A stretch of 63,143 nt of DNA, filler included, from Reclinomonas americana ATCC 50394 (lineage: Eukaryota), in the NCBI GenBank assembly GCA_048213135.1. It is 11 parts of 7 records of this genome, joined end to end, with 100 filler letters (N's around TTAATTAATTAA, not from the genome) between each part and the next. Parts side by side here need not be neighbours in the genome. Positions count along the whole stretch, not along the records: positions 13,853 to 19,749 come from PS015781.1; positions 19,850 to 27,938 come from PS015782.1; 9 more parts are not named here. One strand, written 5' to 3'. Within the stretch, counting starts at the first letter, position 1. The number at the start of each line of letters is the position of its first letter. Below, one piece after another: positions 14,142 through 28,000 of this stretch. The position numbers and the translations under genes are program-made. Below the pieces are notes generated by a model. That model was not told where the DNA came from. It saw nothing but the letters and a program-made list of their open reading frames with translations, and made no database searches.

Positions 14142-14603
14142 TGTTGCGTTGTTTGTTGTTTGTTCAAGCTTGTCTTCTCTCCGACAGTTGCAAAGTATCA
14201 AAATAAGCGTTGAAGAGTGGCACTACACATTCTTCACCCGCAAACACGAAGAACACACACGCGTGCTGATGAACTGCGGCATCGAATCGCAACACTCACT
14301 CACTGCCTTTGCAACCAACTCAATCGCATCTTCGGTTTTNNNNNNNNNNNNNNNNNNNNNNNNNNNNNNNNNNNNNNNNNNNNNNNNNNNNNNNNNNNNN
14401 NNNNNNNNNNNNNNNNNNNNNNNNNNNNNNNNNNNNNNNNNNNNNNNNNNNNNNNNNNNNNNNNNNNNNNNNNNNNNNNNNNNNNNNNNNNACCGTCCAC
14501 TGCAATCGACCTGCCGAACCGTTACAATTTTACATTCGCTTTGACTTGTCTCTGTGAGCACCTGCAACCCCCTTTTTTCTTCTTCAAAACCTTCAAAACA
14601 AAC

Positions 14604-15248
14604 ATGGACCACTGGAAGGAGACGCCCTCTGTCCGCGTGAACGCCGCTGGTAAGTCACACAAAAAACACACACACACACTCCCTCTGCAATGTCCGATTG
14701 TGACAACTGACTCCTTCTCCTCCCCGCGCTCCTCTCCCACTCTCCTTTCCTCTCCTCCTTGTTATGTGTGTCTTCCTCTCTCTTCATTGGTAGGCGGCAC
14801 AGGCGGCCGCTCGCAACTCGGCGACATTCTGGGAGGAGGCCCCGATGCCGTGGATGATCGCTTTGCGGGCTACCGCCGAGCTCCGCCCGCTGCCTCCCAG
14901 GCGGCCGCAGCCCCCGCTGCCCCGGCCCCCGCCAAGCAGTCGGCAAACGCACCCTCGGCTCAGGCGGTGAGTTGCCGTTGTCCATGTTGATGTTGCACCA
15001 TTCTTTTTTTCCCGTTACGATGCTAAACTCAACACCCGTTACTCTTTCTTTTGCAGGAGTCTCGCATGAGCAACGTCGCACCCGTGTACTCGAGTGAGGG
15101 CAGTGGCTCCACTGTGCGTGGCACAAGTACCCGAGTCGCCCAGCCGCCGGGTGCGTTCCTTCTCATTTTTCATGTCCTATTCTTGCATGCATGTTTTCAC
15201 TCATGACTTGGTGTTGCAGGTGGCCGCTCGTCTGGCCCGTTGTGGTAA
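14604..15248 (+). CDS. Small Jupiter/HN1/SPIRAL1-like microtubule-associated protein
   Basis: 4 exons with GT-AG introns give two related motifs, PSVRVNAAGGTGGRSQLG and TSTRVAQPPGGRSSGPLW*, matching the PPGGxSS motif of these families. Confidence 0.65.
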
Positions 15249-15501
15249 AACCCCCCCGCCCTCCTTTGTGTGTGTACAGTAACGCTGCGAATGACGGAAA
15301 AAAAGACTTATCTTTGTGTTTAGTTTTGTTTTACTCTCGAATGTGTGTGTGTGTGTGTGCTGTGTTTGCGTCTCGAGTCCACCACGTGGTTTCGTTTACA
15401 ACGTGTGTGTGCGCGTTCATGAATGTGGGGAGTGGGTAGATTAAAACAAGCAAGAGAAAAGAATGTGGGGTGTTTCTTTATCTTCATTCTCTTCCGCTTC
15501 A

Positions 15502-18324
15502 TCATCTCCGCGGTCGCTTCGGAATCGGTGCATCTTCATCCGAAGACAAGTCACCGCCACCAGTTGTACTCTCGGCCGCACGCTTGACTCCTTGTGCAGG
15601 TGCCACCTCCACCTTCCTAAAGTACCGCAAGATCGGCAAGTCGTCGCTGGCGGTCGTCTTCTTCGCCGACGACAACGACGACACCTTCTTCTTGGCGGCG
15701 GCTGGCTTGGCCGGTGGCAGTGGCGCCTGTACCGCCAGCAGTGCCGCAGCCGTGGTAAACGACGCCGCAGGCGGTGCTGCAGCCGTGGTGGTAGTGGTGG
15801 TGGTGGTGGTGGTGGTCGTCGACGCGCCTGCAGACTCCACCATGGGTCGCGTCCGCGCCTCCTTCAGCTTCCCGGCGAGGTGGTTCTTGTAGACTGCGTC
15901 GCTACGACCCTGCGTGCTGGCCTCGAAACACTCGGCCTCCATCCGAGCGGCTTCAGCGACAGCCTCTGCTTGGCCGACACCGCGTCCACGCAACGCGTCG
16001 GCCAGCTTGCCGCGAAATGTGCCACGCTGCACCTCGGTCACCATCGGCTCCGACTTCTTCTTCTCCTTGTACATGGCGGCGGCCGTCGTAAACGCATCGC
16101 CGCCTCCGCGGCCGCCACCGCCACCGCCACCACTGCGCTCCAGCTTGGAGAGGCGGCGAAACACGGCGTCCAGATCACCATTGGCGCCGTTCATGGCCTG
16201 GTAGGCCATGGATTCGACCTGACGCCCCTGTCGCTCTCTGGCGTACTGCGCTCGCTGGAGGCCACCATACGCACCATCGGCGTCGGCGGCAGCGGCGGCC
16301 GCTGCCTCGCTCGCATCCTCACGATCCCACCCGCCGACCGTGTCGTCAAAGAGGCGAGCGCCAGAGTCTCCAAACCTAGTCATCGAAGGAAAAGGACACA
16401 CAGTCGGCGAGGTGAGCTCGATCGTGCGAAACAAGCGACGCACTGCACACGCCACACCTGTGGCTGGTGAACGACGAGTGCGAGGCCACATTGAACGACT
16501 TTTGCGCCTCGACTGCCTCGCTCACGGCACGAGGGTGCAGGCAGGCGTCGCAATTCTGGCACGACGGTCCACGCAAGTGCTCGTCAAAGTACGCCAGCAG
16601 TGCACGCCGACGGCACGTGGAGCCCAACATGATCTTTTCACACAGCTGCACGGACCGCGATCGGGATGAGTGTCACGCACGCGCGTATGCAAGACAACGA
16701 CGCAACATAGTCAAAGGCCTCGACGCTGGCCATGGAGCCGGAGCCCGCAGTGTCGCCAATATCGTACGAGATGGCTCCCGGAGCGGCGGCCGCCGAGGCT
16801 CGCGACACGCGTCGCGCCTCGCCCCGACTGACCTCCATGTGCAGGAGACTGCGGATCGTCATTTGATCAGCTGGTAGCGCAAAGAGGTGAGCTGGGTGGC
16901 AGAGCGACACACAACAAGAAAAAAGCACGCCACCATGAGTGTAATACACGAGGCTGTGAGCCGCCTCGCCGTCACGACCAGCTCGACCGCTCTCCTGGTA
17001 GAAAGCTGGCAACGAAAAAAAGATCATGAGTGTACGTGTGTGGCCCACCACGCGCAGCGGTCGGTTTCGTCACCCCGAACCTTCGACTCCTTTCGGCAGA
17101 TTGAAGTGAATCACAAAGCGCACGTCCTGCTTGTTGACACCCATGCCAAAGGCAATGGTGGCCACCACCACACGCGAGAAGCCCTTCATCCACCGATCCA
17201 GCACCTCGTCGCGCTGCTTCACGCCGGCGTGATACGCCTCAGCGTAGCCTGCATCGCCCATTTCTCGACAAAGTGCCTCCACGAGACTGTCACACGTAGC
17301 ACGCTGGCGTGCATACACGATTCCGCACTGGTCGGCCACATTGTTCTCCTCCAGAAACTGCCGAATGTCCTTGGCGACCTTGGTCTCGAACATGCTGCCA
17401 CGCGCATCGCGTGTAATAATGTCGGCGTAGCGCACGTGGTAGCGGATCTCCGGCCTGCCACCGCCATGTGTCAACAAAGAAAAACACCAGCTGATGGTTT
17501 GGCAACGTACCGATTGAACGACGCATGCACAATCAGGGGGTTGTCCATGCACAGTGTTTGCACCACATCACGTTCCACACGCTTCGTCGCTGTAGCTGTG
17601 AGTGCAAGACACGGGACGCCAGGCAGCATCTCACGCAGTTGTCCCTGCAACCAACACCACTAATCGTAAGCGCCAGAGTGTCGCTATCGCTCGTGTGCCG
17701 GCCACGTACCAGTCGTCGAAAGTTGGGTCGAAAGTCGTGACCCCACTCGCTCTGGCCAACACCCATTACGCCGAGTGAGTCTCATCGCGCGCTCTCTCTC
17801 TCCTTCACACCCACCCACTCCTGGCCAACGCAACGACGCAGTGCGCCTCGTCAATGGCCACCAGCAAAAGCTGATCGTTCTCCTGCAGCTTGATCAGCGC
17901 CTTGCGCAGTGTTTCGGTCTTGCCAAACAACGACTCGGGCGTCGTGTACAGCACACGGAGCTGCACCGGAGAGCGAGCCAGCGACCGCAGCAGACTCGTT
18001 TTCTCCGATTGCTTCAGCTCCGAGTTGTACACGGCACAGGCGATGCCACGCGCCTTCAGATCGTCCACTTGATTCTGCATCAGAGCTGCGCCCGGCAATC
18101 AGCACCACAGCACAATCCGACGAGCACGCTTCGCACGTGCAGTACCAATCAGGGGGGAAATGACCAGTGCCAGCTTGCCGGCAAACACTGGCGGGAACTG
18201 ATAGCACAGACTCTTGCCGGCGCCCGTAGGCAGCAGCGCAAATGCATCCTTTTCTGCACCGCACACACAGCGACAGCGCGACAAGCAGTGAGCATGCAAG
18301 TCGACAAGTCGACTTGGGCATCTC

Positions 18325-18355
<31 letters not shown>

Positions 18356-18596
18356 GTGCGTGTGTAGCTGACGCACTGGCAAGCACCGCCTCGATCACAC
18401 GACGTTGCATGGGGCGAAACGAAGTCAACTTGAAGTGTCGTCGAAGTGCCACCTCCATATCATCATCTCCACCGACTGGTGTTGGCTTGGGTGCGCCTCG
18501 GCGTCGAATGCCTTCCTCTGCCTCTTCCTCTTCGTCTTCCTCCTCTCCAGAGTCCACCTGCACCACCTCTACTACCTTGCCTCCCCTCTCACTCAT
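15502..18596 (-). CDS. RecQ-family DNA helicase (RecQ5-like layout)
   Basis: SFRPMQ, LLPTGAGKSLCYQ, YTTPE, IDEAHCV|SEWGHDFRP, ATIAFGMGVNKQDVRFVIH, FYQESGRAGRDG and RQC zinc motif CRR...YF...CQNCDAC; 9 introns. Confidence 0.95.
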
Positions 18597-18649
18597 TGAA
18601 TAGAAGAAGCACAAAGNNNNNNNNNNNNNNNNNNNNTAACAAAAATTCA

Positions 18650-19093
18650 TTATTCCTTCTTCGCCTCGAGGACCGACAGTCGCTCCAGCACCTGACGCAA
18701 GAGGTGCTGCTGGTCGGCGAGTTGTGCCACCAGCTGCTGCTGCTCGGCCAATTGACGAGCCTGCTCGGCGAGCTGTTGGCGCTGCACTTCGACCTCGTCG
18801 CGGTACTGCTCAATCTGCTCCTGCTGCTGCTTGACGGCCTCCACGAGGACCGCCGTCAGGCGCGCGTAGTCTACCGTCTTCAGCTCCTTGCCCTGCGCCC
18901 ACAGTGGTCGGACGAGATCCGGGAACATCTGCTCCACGTCTTGCGCGAGAAGACCGACTTCGCGTCGCGTGGTCTGCTTGCCGAGCCGCACCGCAGCCTC
19001 GTCGTTCCACAAGTACGACACGCCGCGGAGGCTCTGGATCGCTTTCAGCGCGTTGTCCAGCGGTTGAATATCCCGCTTGAGCCGTGCGTCTGA
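18650..19093 (-). other. Peptidase S74 / endosialidase-type intramolecular chaperone domain plus coiled coil
   Basis: Ser codon at 19091-19093 and Lys codon at 19076-19078 form the SDxRxK autocleavage dyad; downstream GxxAQ and VDY motifs are intact. Confidence 0.9.
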
Positions 19094-22000
19094 CATGGGG
19101 TTTGTCACGATCTCGTACGTCACGCCGCCCGCCGAGTTCCACATGGGCTGCGCAAATGCATCAGCACAAAACTGCACAAACCCAACTAAACACAAGCACG
19201 ACTCGACTCACCATGCCATCGACCGTGCTGGAATTGTTTGCGGCATACAGCTGACTGTACGAGCCGGTACCGGCGGGATCCAGCGTCGGGCCAGCTGGCA
19301 CGTACTTGATCTGTGTGAGAGAGGTATTGGTGAGTAACTTTACAGGAGATAGGGAGAGAGTGACAGGTTCCAACGCAAACAAACCTCGACAACACCGGCA
19401 GCTGCCGCAATGTAACTCGAGAAGGTGGCCTTGCCGCCCACCGTCAGCGTATTGGTGCCGGAGATAGAAACTGTGCCGTTCAGAGTAATGGCGCCACCGA
19501 CACTCAGCGCGCCAGTCACAGTCGCCGCCCCGCCGACGCTCAGCGCACCAGCCGCGCCTGCACCACTCAGTGTCACGGCATTGGCAAATGTTGACGTGCC
19601 AGCAACCGACAGCGTAGACGACAGTGACGCAGCACCCGTGACGGCAAGTGTGCCGCCGAGAGAGGTGGCGCCGGACTGCACGGTAAACGTGTTCAGGTTT
19701 TGCACCGTCACCGCCCCGTTCAGGTTGATGGCGGCACCGCCCACCGATANNNNNNNNNNNNNNNNNNNNNNNNNNNNNNNNNNNNNNNNNNNNTTAATTA
19801 ATTAANNNNNNNNNNNNNNNNNNNNNNNNNNNNNNNNNNNNNNNNNNNNGGCCAGCGCTCAGTGTTGCCAGACCCGCCACCGAAAGCGTGCCGCCCAGTG
19901 TCGTCGCATTCGCACCAGACACCGTCAGCGTTCCCGTTGTCGTCACGTTGCCAGTCAGCGTCGAGGTGCCACCGACCGACAGCGACGACGTCAGGGTTGC
20001 CGCACCAGTCACTCCGAGTGTGCCGCCAAGACTCGTCGTGCCAGTCGACACCGTGAATGTTGCACCACTCACCGTCGTCGCTCCCGTCAGTGACGTCGCA
20101 CCGGCCGCCGTCAACCCACCGGTCACCGATGCACCGCCGTTCAGCGACGCCAGACCGCCAGCCACAGTGAACGTGTTGGTTCCCACCACCACAGTCGCAC
20201 CATTCAGGTTCGATCCGGCATTCACCGTCAGCAGACCAGCCAGCGTCGTCGCTCCCGTCACACCCAGTGTGCCACCGAGTGTCACCGGCGCCGCACCCAC
20301 AACAAGCGATCCCGTCGCGTTGATGCTCAGCGCCGCATCAAATGTCGCCGCACCCTTCACCGACAGCGTCGATGCGAGTGTCGTTGCACCAGCCACACTC
20401 AACGCACCGCCAAGCGTCGTCAGGCCAGTGCCCACTGTCAGCGTGTTTGCGCCAGTCACCGACACGTTACCGTTCAGCGTCGCAAGTCCACCAACCGTCA
20501 GAGTCGACGACAGCGTCGTCGCCAGCGTCACATCTAGCGTCCCCAGCAGTGTCGTCGCTCCGTTGTTGACCGACAGTGGCTGACCAGCAGCAATCGTCAG
20601 ACCGGCCGCAAACGTCGCCAGTCCAGTGACCGACAGCGTGCCGCCCACCGATGTGTTGGATCCCACAGTCAGCGTCTTTGTCGCCGCAATCGTCACATTG
20701 TTGTTGAACTGCGTCGTGCCATTCACCGTCAGCACATTCGTCACCGTCGCACTACCGCTGACCGCCACATCGCCAGCAAACGACGACAAGCCAGTACCCT
20801 GCACCACAAGCACACCAGGCGACTGAATCGTCAGCGTGTTCGTCAGTGACAGGCCATTCAACGTCGTCACGCCGGCCACAGTCAGTGAGCCGCCGAGCGT
20901 TGTTGCACCGACTCCCACCGTCAGTGTGCCGTTGCCGAGGAACGCCAGATTGCCGGTGAGATCGAGACCGCCACCCAGTGTAGCCTTGCCAGTCAGCGTA
21001 CTCGTGCCATTGATCGACAGAGTGCCGGTCGGCACAGACAGTGAACCGCCCACCGTCGTGTTGCCAGTCAGCGTCGACGTGCCGCCCACAGACAGCGACG
21101 ACGACAGCGTGGTGGCGCCAGTGACCGCCAAAGTGCCACCCAGCGTCGTGGCGCCAGTACCCACGGTAAACGTCGACGTGCCGCCCACGGCAGTCGCGCC
21201 ATTGAACTGCGATGCACCACTCACCGTCACCGTCGACAGCGATGTCGTGCCACCCAGCACATTCAGCGACGCGTTCAACGTCGTCGCACCCGTCACCGTC
21301 AGCGTGCTACCCGCCGACACAGCGCCCGTCAGCACTGACCCGCCAGTCACCGTCAGCAGCTGGCCCACCGTAGCGTTGCCGCCCACCGACAGGTTGTTGG
21401 TGCCGCCGACAGTCAGCGCACCGCCCGACACAGTCATGCCACCATTGGCAGTCACCGCACCAGTGATGGTCGTGGCGCCAGTGATGTCCACAGTGCCGCC
21501 GAAAGAGCTCGGTCCAGTGCCCATGGTGAACACATTGCCGTTCGCAATCGTCAAGTTGCCATTCAGCGTCAACGACGACAGCGTCAGGCCGCCAGAGAAT
21601 GTGGTCGCACCACCCACCGACAGTGAGCCGGAAAGCGCCGTCGCACCGGCACTCACCGTCAGACCACCAGTCGCCACCGTCAGCGCGTTCATTGTCGATG
21701 GACCAGCAGCGGACAGACCGCCGCTAAACGTCGCCAGACCCGCCACCGACAGCGTGCCGCCTAGTGTCGTCGCATTCGCACCAGACACCGTCAGCGTTCC
21801 CGTTGTCGTCACGTTGCCAGTCAGCGTCGAGGTGCCGCCGACCGACAGCGATGACGTCAGGGTTGCCGCACCAGTCACTCCGAGTGTGCCGCCAAGACTC
21901 GTCGTGCCAGTCGACACCGTGAATGTTGCACCACTCACCGTCGTCGCTCCCGTCAGTGACGTCGCACCGGCCGCCGTCAACCCACCAGTCACCGATGCAC

Positions 22001-25000
22001 CGCCGTTCAGCGACGCCAGACCGCCAGCCACAGTGAACGTGTTGGTTCCCACCACCACAGTCGCACCATTCAGGTTCGATCCGGCATTCACCGTCAGCAG
22101 ACCAGCCAGCGTCGTCGCTCCCGTCACACCCAGTGTGCCACCAAGTGTCACCGGAGCCGCACCCACAACCAGCGATCCCGTCGCGTTGATGCTCAGCGCC
22201 GCATCAAACGTCGCCGCACCCTTCACCGACAGCGTCGATGCGAGTGTCGTTGCACCAGCCACACTCAACGCACCGCCAAGCGTCGTCAGACCAGTGCCCA
22301 CTGTCAGCGTGTTTGCGCCAGTCACCGACACGTTACCGTTCAGCGTCGCAAGCCCGCCAACCGTCAGAGTCGACGACAGCGTCGTCGCCAGCGTCACATC
22401 CAGCGTCCCCAGCAGTGTCGTCGCTCCGTTGTTGACCGACAGTGGCTGACCAGCAGCAATCGTCAGACCGGCCGCAAACGTCGCCAGTCCAGTGACCGAC
22501 AGCGTGCCGCCCACCGATGTGTTGGATCCCACAGTCAGCGTCTTTGTCGCCGCAATCGTCACATTGNNNNNNNNNNNNNNNNNNNNNNNNNNNNNNNNNN
22601 NNNNNNNNNNNNNNNNNNNNNNNNNNNNNNNNNNNNNNNNNNNNNNNNNNNNNNNNNNNNNNNNNNNNNNNNNNNNNNNNNNNNNNNNNNNNNNNNNNNN
22701 NNNNNNNNNNNNNNNNNNNNNNNNNNNNNNNNNNNNNNNNNNNNNNNNNNNNNNNNNNNNNNNNNNNNNNNNNNNNNNNNNNNNNNNNNNNNNNNNNNNN
22801 NNNNNNNNNNNNNNNNNNNNNNNNNNNNNNGACCGGCCGCAAACGTCGCCAGTCCAGTGACCGACAGCGTGCCGCCCACCGATGTGTTGGATCCCACAGT
22901 CAGCGTCTTTGTCGCCGCAATCGTCACATTGTTGTTGAACTGCGTCGTGCCATTCACCGTCAGCACATTCGTCACCGTCGCACTACCGCTGACCGCCACA
23001 TCGCCAGCAAACGACGACAAGCCAGTACCCTGCACCACAAGCACACCAGGCGACTGAATCGTCAGCGTGTTCGTCAGTGACAACCCATTCAACGTCGTCA
23101 CGCCGGCCACAGTCAGTGAGCCGCCGAGCGTTGTTGCACCGACTCCCACCGTCAGTGTGCCGTTGCCGAGGAACGCCAGATTGCCGGTGAGATCAAGACC
23201 ACCGCCCAGTGTAGCCTTGCCAGTCAGCGTACTCGTGCCATTGATCGACAGAGTGCCGGTCGGCACAGACAGTGAGCCACCCACCGTCGTGTTGCCAGTC
23301 AGCGTCGACGTGCCACCTACAGACAGCGACGACGACAGCGTGGTCGCGCCAGTGACCGCCAAAGTGCCACCCAGCGTCGTGGCGCCAGTACCCACGGTAA
23401 ACGTCGACGTGCCGCCCACGGCAGTCGCGCCATTGAACTGCGATGCACCACTCACCGTCACCGTCGACAGCGATGTCGTGCCACCCAGCACATTCAGCGA
23501 CGCGTTCAACGTCGTCGCACCCGTCACCGTCAGCGTGCTACCCGCCGACACAGCGCCCGTCAGCACCGACCCGCCAGTCACCGTCAGCAGCTGGCCCACC
23601 GTAGCGTTGCCGCCCACCGACAGGTTGTTGGTGCCGCCGACAGTCAGCGCACCGCCCGACACAGTCATGCCACCATTGGCAGTCACCGCACCGGTGATGG
23701 TCGTGGCGCCAGTGATGTCCACAGTGCCGCCGAAAGAGCTCGGTCCGGTGCCCATGGTGAACACATTGCCATTCGCAATCGTCAAGTTGCCATTCAGCGT
23801 CAACGATGACAGCGTCAGGCCGCCAGAGAACGTGGTCGCACCACCCACCGACAGTGAGCCGGAAAGCGCCGTCGCACCGGCACTCACCGTCAGACCACCA
23901 GTCGCCACCGTCAGCGCGTTCATTGTCGACGGACCAGCAGCGGACAGACCGCCGCTAAACGTCGCCAGACCCGCCACCGACAGCGTGCCGCCCAGTGTCG
24001 TCGCATTCGCACCAGACACCGTCAGCGTTCCCGTTGTCGTCACGTTGCCAGTCAGCGTCGAGGTGCCACCGACCGAAAGCGATGACGTCAGGGTCGCCGC
24101 ACCAGTCACTCCGAGTGTGCCGCCAAGACTCGTCGTGCCAGTCGACACCGTGAATGTTGCACCACTCACCGTCGTCGCTCCCGTCAGTGACGTCGCACCG
24201 GCCACAGTCAATCCACCGGTCACCGATGCACCGCCGTTCAGCGACGCCAGACCGCCAGCCACAGTAAACGTGTTGGTTCCCACCACCACAGTCGCACCAT
24301 TCAGGTTCGATCCGGCATTCACCGTCAGCAGACCAGCCAGCGTCGTCGCTCCCGTCACACCCAGTGTGCCACCAAGTGTCACCGGCGCCGCACCCACAAC
24401 CAGCGATCCCGTCGCGTTGATGCTCAGCGCCGCATCAAACGTCGCCGCACCCTTCACCGACAGCGTCGATGCGAGTGTCGTTGCACCAGCCACACTCAAT
24501 GCGCCGCCAAGCGTCGTCAGACCAGTGCCCACCGTCAGCGTGTTTGCACCAGTCACCGACACGTTACCGTTCAGCGTCGCAAGTCCACCAACCGTCAGCG
24601 TCGACGACAGCGTCGTCGCCAGCGTCACATCCAGCGTCCCCAGCAGTGTCGTCGCTCCATTGTTGACCGACAGTGGCTGACCAGCAGCAATCGTCANNNN
24701 NNNNNNNNNNNNNNNNNNNNNNNNNNNNNNNNNNNNNNNNNNNNNNNNNNNNNNNNNNNNNNNNNNNNNNNNNNNNNNNNNNNNNNNNNNNNNNNNNNNN
24801 NNNNNNNNNNNNNNNNNNNNNNNNNNNNNNNNNNNNNNNNNNNNNNNNNNNNNNNNNNNNNNNNNNNNNNNNNNNNNNNNNNNNNNNNNNNNNNNNNNNN
24901 NNNNNNNNNNNNNNNNNNNNNNNNNNNNNNNNNNNNNNNNNNNNNNNNNNNNNNNNNNNNNNNNNNNNNNNGGCCGGCCGCAAACGTCGCCAGTCCAGTG

Positions 25001-28000
25001 ACCGACAGCGTGCCGCCCACCGACGTGTTGGATCCCACAGTCAGCGTCTTTGTCGCCGCAATCGTCACATTGTTGTTGAACTGCGTCGTGCCATTCACCG
25101 TCAGCACATTCGTCACCGTCGCACTACCGCTGACCGCCACATCGCCAGCAAACGACGACAAGCCAGTACCCTGCACCACAAGCACACCAGGCGACTGAAT
25201 TGTCAGCGTGTTCGTCAGTGACAACCCATTCAACGTCGTCACGCCGGCCACAGTCAGCGAGCCGCCGAGCGTTGTTGCACCGACTCCCACCGTCAGTGTG
25301 CCGTTACCGAGGAACGCCAGATTGCCGGTGAGATCAAGACCGCCACCCAGTGTAGCCTTGCCAGTCAGCGTACTCGTGCCATTGATCGACAGAGTGCCAG
25401 TCGGCACAGACAGTGAGCCGCCAACCGTCGTGTTGCCAGTCAGCGTCGACGTGCCGCCCACAGACAGCGACGACGACAGCGTGGTCGCGCCAGTGACCGC
25501 CAAAGTGCCACCCAGCGTCGTGGCGCCAGTACCCACGGTAAACGTCGACGTGCCGCCCACGGCAGTCGCGCCATTGAACTGCGATGCACCACTCACCGTC
25601 ACCGTCGACAGCGATGTCGTGCCACCCAGCACATTCAGCGACGCGTTCAACGTCGTCGCACCCGTCACCGTAAGCGTGCTACCCGCCGACACAGCGCCCG
25701 TCAGCACCGACCCGCCAGTCACCGTCAGCAGCTGGCCCACCGTAGCGTTGCCGCCCACCGACAGGTTGTTGGTGCCGCCGACAGTCAGCGCACCGCCCGA
25801 CACAGTCATGCCACCATTGGCAGTCACCGCACCGGTGATGGTCGTGGCGCCAGTGATGTCCACAGTGCCGCCGAAAGTGCTCGGTCCATTGCCCATGGTG
25901 AACACATTGCCATTCGCAATCGTCAAGTTGCCATTCAGCGTCAACGACGACAGCGTCAGGCCGCCAGAGAACGTGGTCGCACCACCCACCGACAGCGAGC
26001 CAGAGAGCGCCGTCGCACCGGCCGTCACCGTCAGACCACCAGTCGCCACCGTCAGTGCGTTCATTGTCGACGGACCAGCAGCAGACAGACCGCCGCTAAA
26101 CGTCGCCAGACCCGCCACCGACAGCGTGCCGCCCAGTGTCGTCGCATTCGCACCAGACACCGTCAGCGTTCCCGTTGTCGTCACGTTGCCAGTCAGCGTC
26201 GAGGTGCCACCGACCGAAAGCGATGACGTCAGGGTCGCCGCACCAGTCACGCCGAGTGTGCCGCCAAGACTCGTCGTGCCAGTCGACACCGTGAATGTTG
26301 CACCACTCACCGTCGTCGCTCCCGTCAGCGACGTCGCACCGGCCACAGTCAACCCACCGGTCACCGATGCACCGCCGTTCAGCGACGCCAGACCGCCAGC
26401 CACAGTAAACGTGTTGGTTCCCACCACCACAGTCGCACCATTCAGGTTCGATCCGGCATTCACCGTCAGCAGACCAGCCAGCGTCGTCGCTCCAGTCACA
26501 CCCAGTGTGCCACCGAGTGTCACCGGCGCCGCACCCACAACCAGCGATCCCGTCGCGTTGATGCTCAGCGCCGCATCAAACGTCGCCGCACCCTTCACCG
26601 ACAGAGTCGATGCGAGTGTCGTTGCACCAGCCACACTCAACGCGCCACCCAACGTCGTCAAACCAGTGCCCACCGTTAGTGAACTCGTACCAGTCACCGA
26701 CACATTACCGTTCAGCGTCGCAAGTCCGCCAACAGTCAGAGTCGACGACAGCGTCGTCGCCAGCGTCACATCTAGCGTACCCAGCAGTGTCGTCGCTCCG
26801 TTGTTGACCGACAGTGGCTGACCAGCAGCAATCGTCAGACCGGCCGCAAACGTCGCCAGTCCAGTGACCGACAGCGTGCCGCCCACCGATNNNNNNNNNN
26901 NNNNNNNNNNACGAACACGTTCACAGTAGGAGCTGGTCCGACTGTGCTCGGCGGTACGCTGAGTGTGGCTGGAGTGGCCACATTTGCTGGTGGCATGACA
27001 CTGGCTGGTCTGACCCTGAATGGCAATCTGGTCATCAACAATGGCTTCTCGCTGAGCATGGGCACTGGGCCGAGTACGTTTGCCGGAACAGTGAGCGTGA
27101 CCGGGGCCACCACTCTCACCGGCTTGCTGACTGCAAATGGTGGAGCTGTGGTTACTGGCGGCGCACTGGCGATCAACGGTGGCAACAATCTCACCGTGTC
27201 GGGCAACTCAACGCTGACGGGCTCGCTCTCGGTCGGCGGTGCCGTCACATTTGCCAACAATGTGCAGATTTCCGGTCCTAGTTCACTGACCGTTGGTGGC
27301 GCGGGCACTATTACTGGTGTCCTGTCGGTGGGTGGCACGTCCACACTGACGGGCGATGTTACCATTGCCGGTGCGACTACCATGGACAAGAGTCTGACGT
27401 TGGTTGGTGCCTCTTCCAACCTGTCAGTGGGAGCCGGCACCACAACGTTGGGTGGCACTTTGGCGGTCACTGGCGCGACCACGCTGTCGTCGTCGCTGTC
27501 TGTGGGTGGCACGTCGACTCTGACTGGCAACACGACGGTTGGCGGCTCACTGTCTGTGCCGACTGGCACTCTGTCGATCAATGGCACGAGTACGCTGACT
27601 GGCAAGGCTACACTGGGCGGTGGTCTTGATCTCAGTGGCAATCTGGCGTTCCTCGGTAACGGCACGCTGACGGTGAACGCTGGCGCCACGACGCTCGGCG
27701 GCTCACTGACTGTGGCCGGTGTGACGACGTTGAATGGGTTGTCACTGACGAACACGTTGACGATTCAGTCGCCTGGTGTGCTGGTGGTGCAGGGTACTGG
27801 CTTGTCGTCGTTTGCTGGCGATGTGGCGGTCAGCGGTAGTGCGACGGTGACGAATGTGCTGACGGTGAATGGCACGACGCAGTTCAACAACAATGTGACG
27901 ATTGCGGCGACAAAGACGCTGACTGTGGGATCCAACACNNNNNNNNNNNNNNNNNNNNNNNNNNNNNNNNNNNNNNNNNNNNTTAATTAATTAANNNNNN

